Source: Candidatus Latescibacterota bacterium
GTDB taxonomy: Bacteria; Latescibacterota; UBA2968; UBA8231
Assembly: GCA_964291625.2 (NCBI GenBank)
Contig: OZ220089.1
Location: 1,440,001 to 1,504,000 of the forward strand
Direction of reading: 5' to 3'
DNA: 64,000 bases
The position numbers and the translations under genes were made by a program. The first letter of the stretch is position 1; every line of letters begins with the position of its first letter. The notes under the pieces are model-generated. The model made no database searches, was not told the origin of the DNA, and worked only from the letters and a program-made list of their open reading frames with translations. Shown in pieces: positions 37,385 through 46,373 of the stretch.

Positions 37385-38113
37385 CTACTGCGGCGATACC
37401 CGGCTGGTCAACTGCTCCTTCGCGGCCTCGTAGCGCAGGCCCATGGACTCCAGTACCCGCGCCGCGGCTGCATCCGAATCCCTGAGCAGGCCGAGCAGGA
37501 AGTGCTCGCACTGGACGGCCCCCGCACCGGACCCCCTCGCCTCGGCTGCGGCGGACTGGACAACCCTCCTGGCGGTTGGTCCGAACAAGCTCTGCAACTG
37601 GGACGGCCTGGAATCGGCCGGCCCTTCGCTGGCCTGCGAGCTTCCTGCGGACACGGTATTCTCGGCCCTGCGCCGGACCTCGTCGGGCGTGACCCCTAGT
37701 CTCTCCAGTATGGGGCCGGCAACGGGACACATCTCCTCTCCCGCCACGGCGAGCAGCAGGTGTCCGGAGCCCACTTCCCGCTCTCCTCGACGAGCGGCTT
37801 CCGTGCACGCCAACTCGAGGATCTTCCGGATCGAGTCGGCAAAGACCAGCTCATCCGCCTTCTCATCGACCGAGGCCATCATTTTCGGCCAGCTCTCGAA
37901 GCCGTAGTCCCGGGCCAGCGTGAACTGCGCCTCCTGCACGGTGATGCCGGCGTGCCAGCCGCGGCCGTCGCGAGGTTGCCCGGCCAGGCGCGGAAGGTGA
38001 GCGCGCAGCAGCCGGATGGCGGACACCCGGCCGGTGCGGCAGGCTCTCTGCAGCCGCCGCGCCTCTTTCCTGAGGTGCTCCGCGCTTGGACGACGTGGAA
38101 GGGAACGGGACAT
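37385..38113 (-). CDS. Clp N-terminal (Clp_N) domain protein with an N-terminal LPxRPx.EHLRKEA...AQ..LAR.YGF.SW module
   Basis: Two Clp_N repeats (EAARRG..EVGSGHLLLA and EARG.G..AVQCEHFLLGLL); no AAA+ domain; GAGG Shine-Dalgarno. Confidence 0.85.
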   Translation of the reverse strand: MSRSLPRRPSAEHLRKEARRLQRACRTGRVSAIRLLRAHLPRLAGQPRDGRGWHAGITVQEAQFTLARDYGFESWPKMMASVDEKADELVFADSIRKILELACTEAARRGEREVGSGHLLLAVAGEEMCPVAGPILERLGVTPDEVRRRAENTVSAGSSQASEGPADSRPSQLQSLFGPTARRVVQSAAAEARGSGAGAVQCEHFLLGLLRDSDAAAARVLESMGLRYEAAKEQLTSRVSPQ

Positions 38114-38246
38114 GCCTGACCTCTTTCCGAAGCGCCGGGGGGTTCGCCAAGGCCGGCAGAAAGAAGGTCGATGGGTACCGCGAGGCGGGGTGGGCTTGGC
38201 CCTGACCGCGAACGTGGGCGCTCCCCCGGGGAGCACTGTTTCGGAA
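38114..38246 (-). promoter_or_regulatory. Candidate structured cis-regulatory leader RNA (translational switch)
   Basis: Mutually exclusive pairings around the RBS; see the corresponding finding. Confidence 0.6.
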
Positions 38247-38343
38247 GGTACCCCGGCTCGAGGTCTGCGGTCAACGCGAAGCCGCTGGCCGGGCTGCTCC
38301 TGGATGACGGACAAGGGGGTTTTCCGTTCATTCAGGACCGGCC

Positions 38344-39315
38344 ATGCAAGCGTCGGGAAGCAGAGAGTCGGGAGTGTACCTGGCACAAGGGATCTCCGCG
38401 AGCGATCCCGATCGGCACATCCGAGCCGCCGCTCTCACCGCCATCGAACGGCTCTCCCGCCAACACGGGGGCAGAGTCCAATGGGCGGACATCCACAAGG
38501 GATTCCACGCCGGAGGTGAGAGGGTCCACTTCGCCAACCGTGCGAAAGGCATCTTCAAACCGAGACAGATGAGCGCCGCCCTCAGCATCAAGACAGTCGT
38601 CCCCCGGTCCGGCCGCGGAGTCTGGTACCGCGACCAGGCCCTTGCGGCCCGGAGCGATCACGCAACCGGCCTTCTGCGCTACGATCTCGCCCGCGGCGGA
38701 CCCGGGGAGTCGACCAACCGATCTCTGAGGATGGCGAAAGAGCGCGGCGCTCCGCTCATCTACTTCGCCGGTCTCTCACCGTCTGTGTATCAGCCGGTGT
38801 TCCCCATCTGGGTCGAAGAGTTCCGCGAGAGCGAGGTCCTGCTCGCTACTGCGGACAACGTGGACTCGGCGGCGAGTTTCGCACACGAGGGACCCGAACG
38901 GTCCTACTCACTTACGACGGCCCAGTCCAGGAACCATCAGGCGTGGTTCAGCGCCCGCACCAAGGCCGCATACGGGTATCAGTGCGCTTTCAGTGGCCTT
39001 CCGGTGCGTGAACTGTTGGTGGGGGCCCACATCATTCCCGACGCCGACGGCGGTCCTCCTTCCGTGAGGAACGGGATCTGCATGTCCACCCTTCACCATA
39101 CAGCCTTCGACACGCACTTGATCGGGGTTGATCCCGACTTCCGGATCCACGTATCGCCGCCCCTCCAGGAACGCAGGGACGGCGACTTGCTCACCACCCT
39201 CAAGGGTCTCGAGGGAACCCGTCTCCGCCTGCCTTCCGACCGGGAGGACTGGCCGAAGGCCGCTTTCCTGGAGCAGCGGTTCTCTCGATTCCTCTCCCAG
39301 GCATCTCCCCCATGA
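38344..39315 (+). CDS. HNH endonuclease (HNH_2, putative restriction endonuclease)
   Basis: YGYQCAFSGLP...AHIIPD...NGICMSTLHHTAFD. The start may be GTG 38374. Confidence 0.88.
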   Translation: MQASGSRESGVYLAQGISASDPDRHIRAAALTAIERLSRQHGGRVQWADIHKGFHAGGERVHFANRAKGIFKPRQMSAALSIKTVVPRSGRGVWYRDQALAARSDHATGLLRYDLARGGPGESTNRSLRMAKERGAPLIYFAGLSPSVYQPVFPIWVEEFRESEVLLATADNVDSAASFAHEGPERSYSLTTAQSRNHQAWFSARTKAAYGYQCAFSGLPVRELLVGAHIIPDADGGPPSVRNGICMSTLHHTAFDTHLIGVDPDFRIHVSPPLQERRDGDLLTTLKGLEGTRLRLPSDREDWPKAAFLEQRFSRFLSQASPP

Positions 39316-40058
39316 CCAATTCAGCAACAGGCGACAGCGTCGTCATCCTCTTCAAGGGCGGGCGCCTGCCCACGTGGCACCTGCTCAGCGAAGCCCAGCA
39401 GGCCGACTACGAGCGCCAGCACGTGGACCTGATGCTCTCGGTCTCTGAGCGGCACGGCCTGATGGGGCTGCACGGGTACCGCCTGCTGGCCCCGCTGGGC
39501 GACTGGGTGCGGTTCTGGACGGTCGAGTTCCCGGGCCTGGCCGGCGCCGAGGCCTGGATGGAGGCGGAGGTCGAGCCACCCTACGGGCGCTACGGCTTCC
39601 ACGACTACTCCCTCGCCCGGCGCTGGCAGCCGGAGAGCCTGTCCTGGCTGCCCCGCCGGCCCGAGCCCCCCGTCCCGCCGGACGCCGATGCGCACGTGAT
39701 CGCGCCCCTGTCCGCCGACCCGTCCTCGGTCGTCGTCCTCGCCTTCGGTGGCTGGCGGCGCGGCTCCGACGAGGTCGACCCGCGAACCCGGGGGGACGAG
39801 GAGCGCCGAGAGCGGCTGCGGGAGGTGGCCGGCGAGCACGGCCTCCTGCACGGGGAGGTCTTCCGCCTCCTCGGGACCGCCGACGAGGGCGCGCTGGTCT
39901 GGATCCTCGAGTTTCCCGAGCTGGCCGGCGCCGAGGCCTGGATCGAGGCGGAGGCCGAGCCGCCCGCCGGGGCCTACCAGGAGCGCCGCTTCCACCTGGC
40001 CCGGCGGTGGGCGCCGGAGTACTTCGTCACTTGGCCTCCGCGAAAGTCGGGCGGCTGA
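39312..40058 (+). CDS. Hypothetical protein with an internally duplicated domain
   Basis: W.VEFPGLAGAEAWMEAE.EPP.G.Y....LARRW.PE occurs twice. Confidence 0.75.
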   Translation: MTNSATGDSVVILFKGGRLPTWHLLSEAQQADYERQHVDLMLSVSERHGLMGLHGYRLLAPLGDWVRFWTVEFPGLAGAEAWMEAEVEPPYGRYGFHDYSLARRWQPESLSWLPRRPEPPVPPDADAHVIAPLSADPSSVVVLAFGGWRRGSDEVDPRTRGDEERRERLREVAGEHGLLHGEVFRLLGTADEGALVWILEFPELAGAEAWIEAEAEPPAGAYQERRFHLARRWAPEYFVTWPPRKSGG

Positions 40059-40145
40059 GACGGGCCCGGATCGCCTGCGCCGTCGTGCCGCGGACCCGAC
40101 CCCCTGGCCATGCTGAGCCCTCGCCGAACCCCGGCTCTCGCCGGC

Positions 40146-40645
40146 GCCCTGACCTGCCTTTCCTGTTGACCTTGGGCAGCACCGCCCGGCCGATTCCCGC
40201 GACGGGACCGCGGCCCTGACCTCGTGGGCTGCACCACCTGCTCCGCTGGACCCTTGCCTGCGCCTCCCGGCCGATGTCCGCGACCGGACGGCGGCCCCGG
40301 CCTCGTGTGCCGCCCCACCTGCTCTGCTGGACCCTTGCCCGCGCCTCCCGCCGCGGCCCGTCGCCGCGGCCCTGACCTGCCTGCCTTGCTGACCTTCGCT
40401 GGCGCATCCCGGCCGGGGCCCGCGGCCGCGTCCCTGCTCCGGCCTGCTGCGCTGACCTGGCTCCGGTGCGCCCTCGCCGGCGCCGGGCCCCCTGCCCGCC
40501 CGCGGCTCGGGCCTCGTGCGCCGAACCGCCTGCTCTCCTGGACCTCAGCCGGCGCCGGCCGGCCGCTGCCCGCCGGCTCGCGGGTCCGGCCGTGGGCGCT
40601 GATCTGCCTCCTGGGCTGGACCCTGAGCGTCGCCGGGCCCGCCGT
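40146..40645 (+). repeat. Degenerate tandem repeat array (about 7 units, irregular spacing of roughly 55-90 bp) derived from signal-peptide-coding DNA
   Basis: 81-bp-period pair 40184-40269/40265-40350; GCCCTGACCTGCCT at 40146 and 40369; related GCGCTGA(C/T)CTG at 40449 and 40596. Confidence 0.8.
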
Positions 40646-43511
40646 TGCGGGCGGGATCGACCTGCATCCCGGTGAGCCCCTGAAGGTGCGCAAGATCCGG
40701 CCCGCGGACTGCCGCCTCGTCCGCGGCTTCACCCACTCGCCGGTGGACGGCCGCGTGGACACGCGCTATGCCACCGGCACAGTCGGCGAGTGGCAGGGGC
40801 TGCACGGGACCCCGGCGGTGAACTACCGCCTGTTCAACGGCAACGACGGGCTCCACGTGACCCTGGCGGAGACCGGCTTCGACGCGATCCAGACCCGCGG
40901 CCGCTGGCGGGGCCGGGTCTACGCCGGCGGCGAGGACCTGCACCCGCCCGACGGCCCGCCGCTGTGCGAGGTGCGGCCCCGGGAGGGAGCGTTCCACCGG
41001 CGGTTCGAGCCGCGGGTGGAGGCCCGCCGCCTCTCCTTCTTCCAGGAGCCGGGCCAGGACGGGGCGCTGAGGGACCTCACCGTCCTCCGGGTCGACCGGG
41101 GCGAGATTGGTGGGCCTGCGGTGGACCTGGCCGTCCCTGCCGGCTCCAGCGAGCTGGAGCTGGCGCCCGGAACCCCGGTGGAGCTGGCAACGCCCTGGGC
41201 CGATCCGTCCCTCGGGATCGCGGCGCTCACCCTGGAGCTGGAGGTCTCCCGCGCCGGCCCGAGCGAGATCCTCTCGGTCCGCGTGGGCGACGTGCTCGAC
41301 GCCCGCCGCGACGCCATGACCGTCGAATTCCGCCTCCACGGTCCGGGGCGCTACGTGGCCGGTCTCGATCTGCCCGACCAGGTCTTCCTGCCGTCGCGGG
41401 ACGACTGGGCGCGGCCCCCGAGGATGGCGGGACCCCTGGCCCCGGAGCCGCGGGTCCGGGTGTCGATCGAGTCCGGAGGCGCCTGCCGGCTCGCGTCGGT
41501 GAGGGCGAAGGCGCACCCCGTCCCGCGCGCCGAGGCCCTTCCCGAGGCGGCGGCCTGGCGGCGGTTCCTCCTGCGCGGCCTGTTCTCGGCGATGAGCGAG
41601 CCCCGGCCGTGGATGCACCTCAAGCGCGGGAGCCCGGTGCGGGAGCAGATCGCCTCCAGCCCGCCCATCGAGCGCTACCGGACCTCGCTCACCGAGCTGC
41701 TGGAGACGGTGGAGGCCGCCCGCCTGCTGGCGCCGGAGGACTCCCTCATCGCCCGGTACCACGACTGGATCTACCAGAACATGGACCGCCGCGAGCCCCT
41801 GCCGCCGCCGGTCCTGCCCGAGGAGCCGGGGGCGCCCCGCTGGGCGGTCCTGCTGCGCGAGAACTGGAAGGAGCAGGCGCGCATCGCCCGGTGGTGGCTG
41901 GACCACCGGCTGGTGGCCAACGGCGAGTTCGGCGGAGGGCCGCAGGACGACACCGATCTGTTCCAGGTCTGGCAGTGCCTGCCGATGGTCGAGAGCGAGC
42001 CCCTGGGAGCGCGGCTGCGGGAGGCGGCCTCGAGGCTGGCGGACCTCGTCGTGGAGCACCGCCTGGAGGAGGGCATCAACAGGCGCTCCATGGACGCCCT
42101 CCACGCCTACGAGGAAGGGGTGAACCAGCTCGCCCTCAACGCTTGGTGGAAGTACGGCGATCCCCTCCACTTCGAGCGGGTCATGGCGTCGGCGCGCTCG
42201 GCCATGCGGCTGCTGGTGGAGACCGGGGACGGCCGCATGCACTTCGGCGGCGACCGCCTCGGGATCGAGGAGGCGCGCCGGGGATTCGCCGACATCGGCG
42301 CCAGCCCCGGCGCCTTCGGATGGGCGCCGGCCCGCCTCTTCCTCCATCCCATGCACGTCGTGGCCGACTACAACGGCCACCCCGCGGTCCTGGAGCGCTA
42401 CGCGGCCTGGGGCCGGACCTGGCTGGAATACCAGCGGCCCGGCGCCTTCGTCGAGAAGGTGGACATCCCCACCGGCGAGCCCATCCGGGTGACGGACCTG
42501 CCCCCGTCGGCCAACATCGCGCCCCTGACCGAGCTGCTGGGGCTCTACCTGCTCACGGGGGACCCCGACTGGCACCGGGCCTACCGCATGGGCGTCGACG
42601 GCGACGGCTTCACAGGGGTCCAGGCGCGCTACGGACGGGCGCCGCACGCCCTGGTGCCCTGGGAGGAGCCCTATGCGAGCCATCTCCAGGAGAAGCTCTC
42701 GGGTCCGAAGAGCGGCTACGCCGGGTTCTTCGTGAACCAGGACCGGGCCCTGCTGGAGCGCTGGCTCTCCGACTCCCTGACCTGGTACCGCCGCTACCGC
42801 TACATGACCACCGCCGCCGAGCAGAAGACCGACCGCATCCTCACCTACCGGGCCACCACCGCCATCTCCTGCTACCTCGGCGACGCGCCGAACCGCAACC
42901 GCTGGCTCAACCTGACCGCTGTGAGCTACGAGGGCCTGCGGGGCGAGGACTTCGCCGCCCTCGTCTGGGAGGCGGGCCCCCGGTCGCTGCGGGTGGCCCT
43001 CTACAACTTCCGCGAGGAGGAGGTCAGGGGCCGCATGCGCGTCTGGCGGCTCGAGCCCGGCCGCTACCGCGTCGAGACCGGCCTCGACCTCGACGACGAC
43101 GGGCATTTCGAGGAGGCCGCCCGCCGCACGGCGACCCTGCAGCGCTACTCGGCCATCCCCCTCGACCTGCCGCCCCGGCAGGTGACGGTGGTCCGCGTCG
43201 AGCAGTTGCAGGCCCTCGGCGGCCTCCGCCGGCGGCCGGACCTGGCCCTGTCGCGGGGTGACGCCGGCGGCGTGCGGGTACACAACATCGGCAGCGTCGA
43301 GGCCGCGGCGGTTCGCGTCGACCTCCGGCGCGGGGGCCGGGTGGTCGAGAGCCGGACCATCGAGAGGATCGAGGCCCCCCTCGACCTCCACCCCCGCCGG
43401 GTGGCCGTGCGTTTCGAGGGGACCCGCGCCGGGGACGTGATCGTCGTCGATCCCGAGGACCGCATCCCCGAGATCGCCGAGCACAACAACCGGCTGGTGC
43501 TGGCCCCCTAA
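40224..43511 (+). CDS. Large secreted hypothetical protein (about 970 aa mature) with a C-terminal CARDB-like Ig domain; start uncertain
   Basis: Signal-like WALICLLGWTLSVAGPAVAG; NGEFGGGPQDDTD and HAYEEG motifs; tail VHNIGS...VDPEDRIPEIAEHNN. Confidence 0.75.
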   Translation: MGCTTCSAGPLPAPPGRCPRPDGGPGLVCRPTCSAGPLPAPPAAARRRGPDLPALLTFAGASRPGPAAASLLRPAALTWLRCALAGAGPPARPRLGPRAPNRLLSWTSAGAGRPLPAGSRVRPWALICLLGWTLSVAGPAVAGGIDLHPGEPLKVRKIRPADCRLVRGFTHSPVDGRVDTRYATGTVGEWQGLHGTPAVNYRLFNGNDGLHVTLAETGFDAIQTRGRWRGRVYAGGEDLHPPDGPPLCEVRPREGAFHRRFEPRVEARRLSFFQEPGQDGALRDLTVLRVDRGEIGGPAVDLAVPAGSSELELAPGTPVELATPWADPSLGIAALTLELEVSRAGPSEILSVRVGDVLDARRDAMTVEFRLHGPGRYVAGLDLPDQVFLPSRDDWARPPRMAGPLAPEPRVRVSIESGGACRLASVRAKAHPVPRAEALPEAAAWRRFLLRGLFSAMSEPRPWMHLKRGSPVREQIASSPPIERYRTSLTELLETVEAARLLAPEDSLIARYHDWIYQNMDRREPLPPPVLPEEPGAPRWAVLLRENWKEQARIARWWLDHRLVANGEFGGGPQDDTDLFQVWQCLPMVESEPLGARLREAASRLADLVVEHRLEEGINRRSMDALHAYEEGVNQLALNAWWKYGDPLHFERVMASARSAMRLLVETGDGRMHFGGDRLGIEEARRGFADIGASPGAFGWAPARLFLHPMHVVADYNGHPAVLERYAAWGRTWLEYQRPGAFVEKVDIPTGEPIRVTDLPPSANIAPLTELLGLYLLTGDPDWHRAYRMGVDGDGFTGVQARYGRAPHALVPWEEPYASHLQEKLSGPKSGYAGFFVNQDRALLERWLSDSLTWYRRYRYMTTAAEQKTDRILTYRATTAISCYLGDAPNRNRWLNLTAVSYEGLRGEDFAALVWEAGPRSLRVALYNFREEEVRGRMRVWRLEPGRYRVETGLDLDDDGHFEEAARRTATLQRYSAIPLDLPPRQVTVVRVEQLQALGGLRRRPDLALSRGDAGGVRVHNIGSVEAAAVRVDLRRGGRVVESRTIERIEAPLDLHPRRVAVRFEGTRAGDVIVVDPEDRIPEIAEHNNRLVLAP

Positions 43512-43613
43512 CCGATTGGCACCGGAAACGCAGCCCAGGCGCCGGCTGCCGCCAGGGTCGACGCCCAAAGGCGAGGAGGACGGTGGCGCGACGCTGGCTG
43601 TTTACGACGCCCG

Positions 43614-44696
43614 CTATCCCATCCGCAGCTCCCGGTCCGCCAGCGGCAGGTCCACCCGCCCGTTTCCCTGCCGATGGGACTCGCGCATGCCAATGGCGAC
43701 TTCCAGCGCCTCGCGCCCGAACTCCCCGGGACAGATCCGCTCCTCCCCCTCCTCGATCGCCCGACAGACGCCCTCGATCGCATCGACCATGGAAGAGCGC
43801 GGATGCCACGGGTTGGGGAATGGCCGCTGGATCGGCTCGCCGGTCTCCGGGTGCGCTCCCCACAGCTCGAACTGCGCGTGGGCGTTGCGCGAGACGATCC
43901 TGCCGCTCTCGCCGATGAACTCCAGGGTCCACGCACGCCCCGAGCGGTCGGCCCGGGAGTTCAGGAGAGCGCGCACGCCGTTGGCGTAGGCGATGTAGCC
44001 CGATCCGGACAGGTCCCGGTCGGCGGCGGCCTGCTCCTCGTCGTCCATCTCGCCCATCACCCACTCGGCCGGCGCGCCGGCAAACAGCCGAAACAAGGCC
44101 AGCGTATGGCTTTGCAGATTCGACAGGCTGTGGGGGCTGTGGCAGACCATGGAGCGCAGCCGGCCGATCGCTCCGTCGGCGATGGCCTGCCGCGCATTGG
44201 TGTACCAGTTGTACCAGTTGAGATGACAGGCGATGGACAGGATGGTGCCCCTGGCCTTGCACGCCGCGATCATGGCGTCGGCCTCGGCCAGGGTGCGGCA
44301 CATCGGCTTGGTGGCGAAGACCGCCCGCACCCCGGCCTCGGCCAGACCGACGACCACCTCGGCCCGCTCGTCGGGCCGCGTCGTCACCGCCACCAGGTCG
44401 GGCCGCTCCCGGGCGACCAGCTCGCGGTAGTCTTCGTAGAGGGCGTCCACGCCCCAGCGCCGGCCAAAGTCGTCCAGCCTGGCCCGGTCCAGGTCGGCCG
44501 CGCCGATCAGCTCGATGCCCCGCGCCTCGATCATGGCCGGGGCGTGGGCCCACGGCCAGGGATAGTTCGACATCCCGATGTGCTCGTCGTCGATGGTGCT
44601 GCCCATCCGTCCGCAGCCGACGACCGCGCCGCGATACGTTCCTCGCGGCTCCGTCGCCGCAATCTGCCTGTAGGCCTCGCCCAACGGTTGTGCCAT
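43614..44696 (-). CDS. Gfo/Idh/MocA oxidoreductase
   Basis: VVGCGRMG, PDLVAVTT, VFATKPM. Confidence 0.9.
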   Translation of the reverse strand: MAQPLGEAYRQIAATEPRGTYRGAVVGCGRMGSTIDDEHIGMSNYPWPWAHAPAMIEARGIELIGAADLDRARLDDFGRRWGVDALYEDYRELVARERPDLVAVTTRPDERAEVVVGLAEAGVRAVFATKPMCRTLAEADAMIAACKARGTILSIACHLNWYNWYTNARQAIADGAIGRLRSMVCHSPHSLSNLQSHTLALFRLFAGAPAEWVMGEMDDEEQAAADRDLSGSGYIAYANGVRALLNSRADRSGRAWTLEFIGESGRIVSRNAHAQFELWGAHPETGEPIQRPFPNPWHPRSSMVDAIEGVCRAIEEGEERICPGEFGREALEVAIGMRESHRQGNGRVDLPLADRELRMG

Positions 44697-44723
44697 GCCG
44701 TGCCTCCTCCGCTAATTTGAGCC

Positions 44724-45536
44724 ATGCGCCTCGCCTTCTACACCTACAGCTACACCGACCGGCTCAAGATGCCCCTCGAGCCGGCACTGGCCAAGATCGC
44801 CGCTGCCGGCTACGACGGCATCGACATTTCGGGCACCCATGGGCCGTCGGCCGACCCGCGCTCGGTGACGCCCGGGTTGCGCGCGCAGACGCGGAGCATG
44901 GCCGAGGGACTTGGCCTCACCATCGAAGCCGTCATCACCCACGCCAATCTCGCCGACTCGCTCTTCACCGGCGAACCGCTCGACCTCAAGGGGTCGGTCG
45001 ATCTGGCCATGGACGTTGGCGCACCGCTCGTCGTGTTCCACATGGGCGGCCCCAAGGACGATGCCGCCCGGCGAGCCGAGGCCTGGCGGCGGGTGGTCGC
45101 CTGTCTCCAGGATGCGCTGTCCTACGCGGAGCCGCGCAACGTGCGGCTGGCGGTCGATGGCGTGTGGACCGGTTGGCTCACCGACACCCCCGAGCGCTTC
45201 CTGGAGCTGCACGAAGAAGTGGGCAGCGCGTCCTTCGGCGTCAACTTCGATCCGTGCTACCTGACGCTCCTCGGCCTGGATCCGGTCGCGGTCGCCCGCC
45301 AGTGGCAGGGGCGCATCCTGCACGCCCATCTCAAGGACCACATCGGCACGTATCCCGACTACGACCACAGGATTCCCGGCCAGGGGAGCCTCGACTATCC
45401 GCGCATCGTGCAGGGGCTCCGGGGGATCGGCTTTGCCGAAGCCCTGGCGATAGAGACGTTCGTCACCATGGACTTCGACGAATCCTGCGCGGCCGGCTAC
45501 GCGGCGCTGGCACCGGCCATGGGGAGGGACCCTTGA
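44724..45536 (+). CDS. Sugar phosphate isomerase/epimerase
   Basis: AGYDGIDI, VNFDPC, HAHLKD, PGQGSLDY. Confidence 0.88.
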   Translation: MRLAFYTYSYTDRLKMPLEPALAKIAAAGYDGIDISGTHGPSADPRSVTPGLRAQTRSMAEGLGLTIEAVITHANLADSLFTGEPLDLKGSVDLAMDVGAPLVVFHMGGPKDDAARRAEAWRRVVACLQDALSYAEPRNVRLAVDGVWTGWLTDTPERFLELHEEVGSASFGVNFDPCYLTLLGLDPVAVARQWQGRILHAHLKDHIGTYPDYDHRIPGQGSLDYPRIVQGLRGIGFAEALAIETFVTMDFDESCAAGYAALAPAMGRDP

Positions 45537-46351
45537 CTACTTTCGACTTCCACGGCAAGAAGGCCGTGGCCACCGGCGCCGGCGGTGCCATCGGCGGCGA
45601 GATCGCCCGCAGCCTCGCCCGGGCAGGCGCCGAGGTGGCGATCTGGGACATTTCCCCAGAGGCAGCGCGCGCCAAGGCCGACGAGATCAACCAGGACTTT
45701 CCCGACAAGGTCCTGCCCGTCGAATGCAACGTCGTCGACAAGGACAGCGTCGGAGCCGCTCTCGCAAAGACCATCGAGCACTTCGGCACCATCGACTTCC
45801 TGCTCAACGGGGCGGGCGGCAGCCACAAGGATACCACCACTTCCCCGGATCTCGAGTTCTTCGACATCGATCCAGAAGCGGTCAAGATGGTGATGGACCT
45901 CAACTATCTGAGCGCCGTCCTGCCCTCGCAGGCCGTGGGCCGCGTCTTCGCCGCCAAAGGCGATGGAGCGGTCGTCAACATCACCTCCATCGGCGGCGGG
46001 TTGCCGCTGTCGCGGGCCCTGGCCTACTCCAACGGCAAGGCGGCCGCCGACAGCTTCACCCGCTGGCTGGCCGTGCACATGGCCACGACCTACGCGTCCA
46101 GGATCCGCGTCAATGCCGTGGCCCCGGGCTTCATGATCACCAACCAGAACCGCTTCCTGCTCCTCGACGAGGCGAGCGGCGATCTCACCGATCGCGGCCA
46201 GACCATCCTCGAGAACGTCCCCATGGCCCGCTTCGGCGACCCCCACGAAGTCGTCGGCGCGGCCCTGTGGCTCTTTTCGGACGCCGCCGCCTTCGTCACC
46301 GGGGCCATCGTGCCCATCGACGGCGGCTTTTCCGCGTTCTGCGGCGTATAG
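45533..46351 (+). CDS. SDR oxidoreductase (D-mannonate oxidoreductase-like)
   Basis: TGAGGAIG, LNGAGG, YSNGK, IRVNAVAPGF, PIDGGFSA; TTG start overlaps the upstream TGA. Confidence 0.88.
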   Translation: MTTFDFHGKKAVATGAGGAIGGEIARSLARAGAEVAIWDISPEAARAKADEINQDFPDKVLPVECNVVDKDSVGAALAKTIEHFGTIDFLLNGAGGSHKDTTTSPDLEFFDIDPEAVKMVMDLNYLSAVLPSQAVGRVFAAKGDGAVVNITSIGGGLPLSRALAYSNGKAAADSFTRWLAVHMATTYASRIRVNAVAPGFMITNQNRFLLLDEASGDLTDRGQTILENVPMARFGDPHEVVGAALWLFSDAAAFVTGAIVPIDGGFSAFCGV

Positions 46352-46373
46352 CGGATGTAACAGGAGAGAAACC

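Noticed and set aside
40167-40169. Selenocysteine or recoded TGA
   Set aside because: It lies in a degenerate repeat at a Trp-equivalent position, with no recognisable SECIS or redox motif. TGA is the normal stop for many genes in this window.
40146-40645. Possible CRISPR array
   Set aside because: Units are degenerate along their whole length, with no constant repeat plus unique spacer pattern and no cas genes.
40545-43568. 1007-aa minus-strand ORF
   Set aside because: Antisense shadow of the plus-strand gene caused by high GC3; no recognisable motifs.
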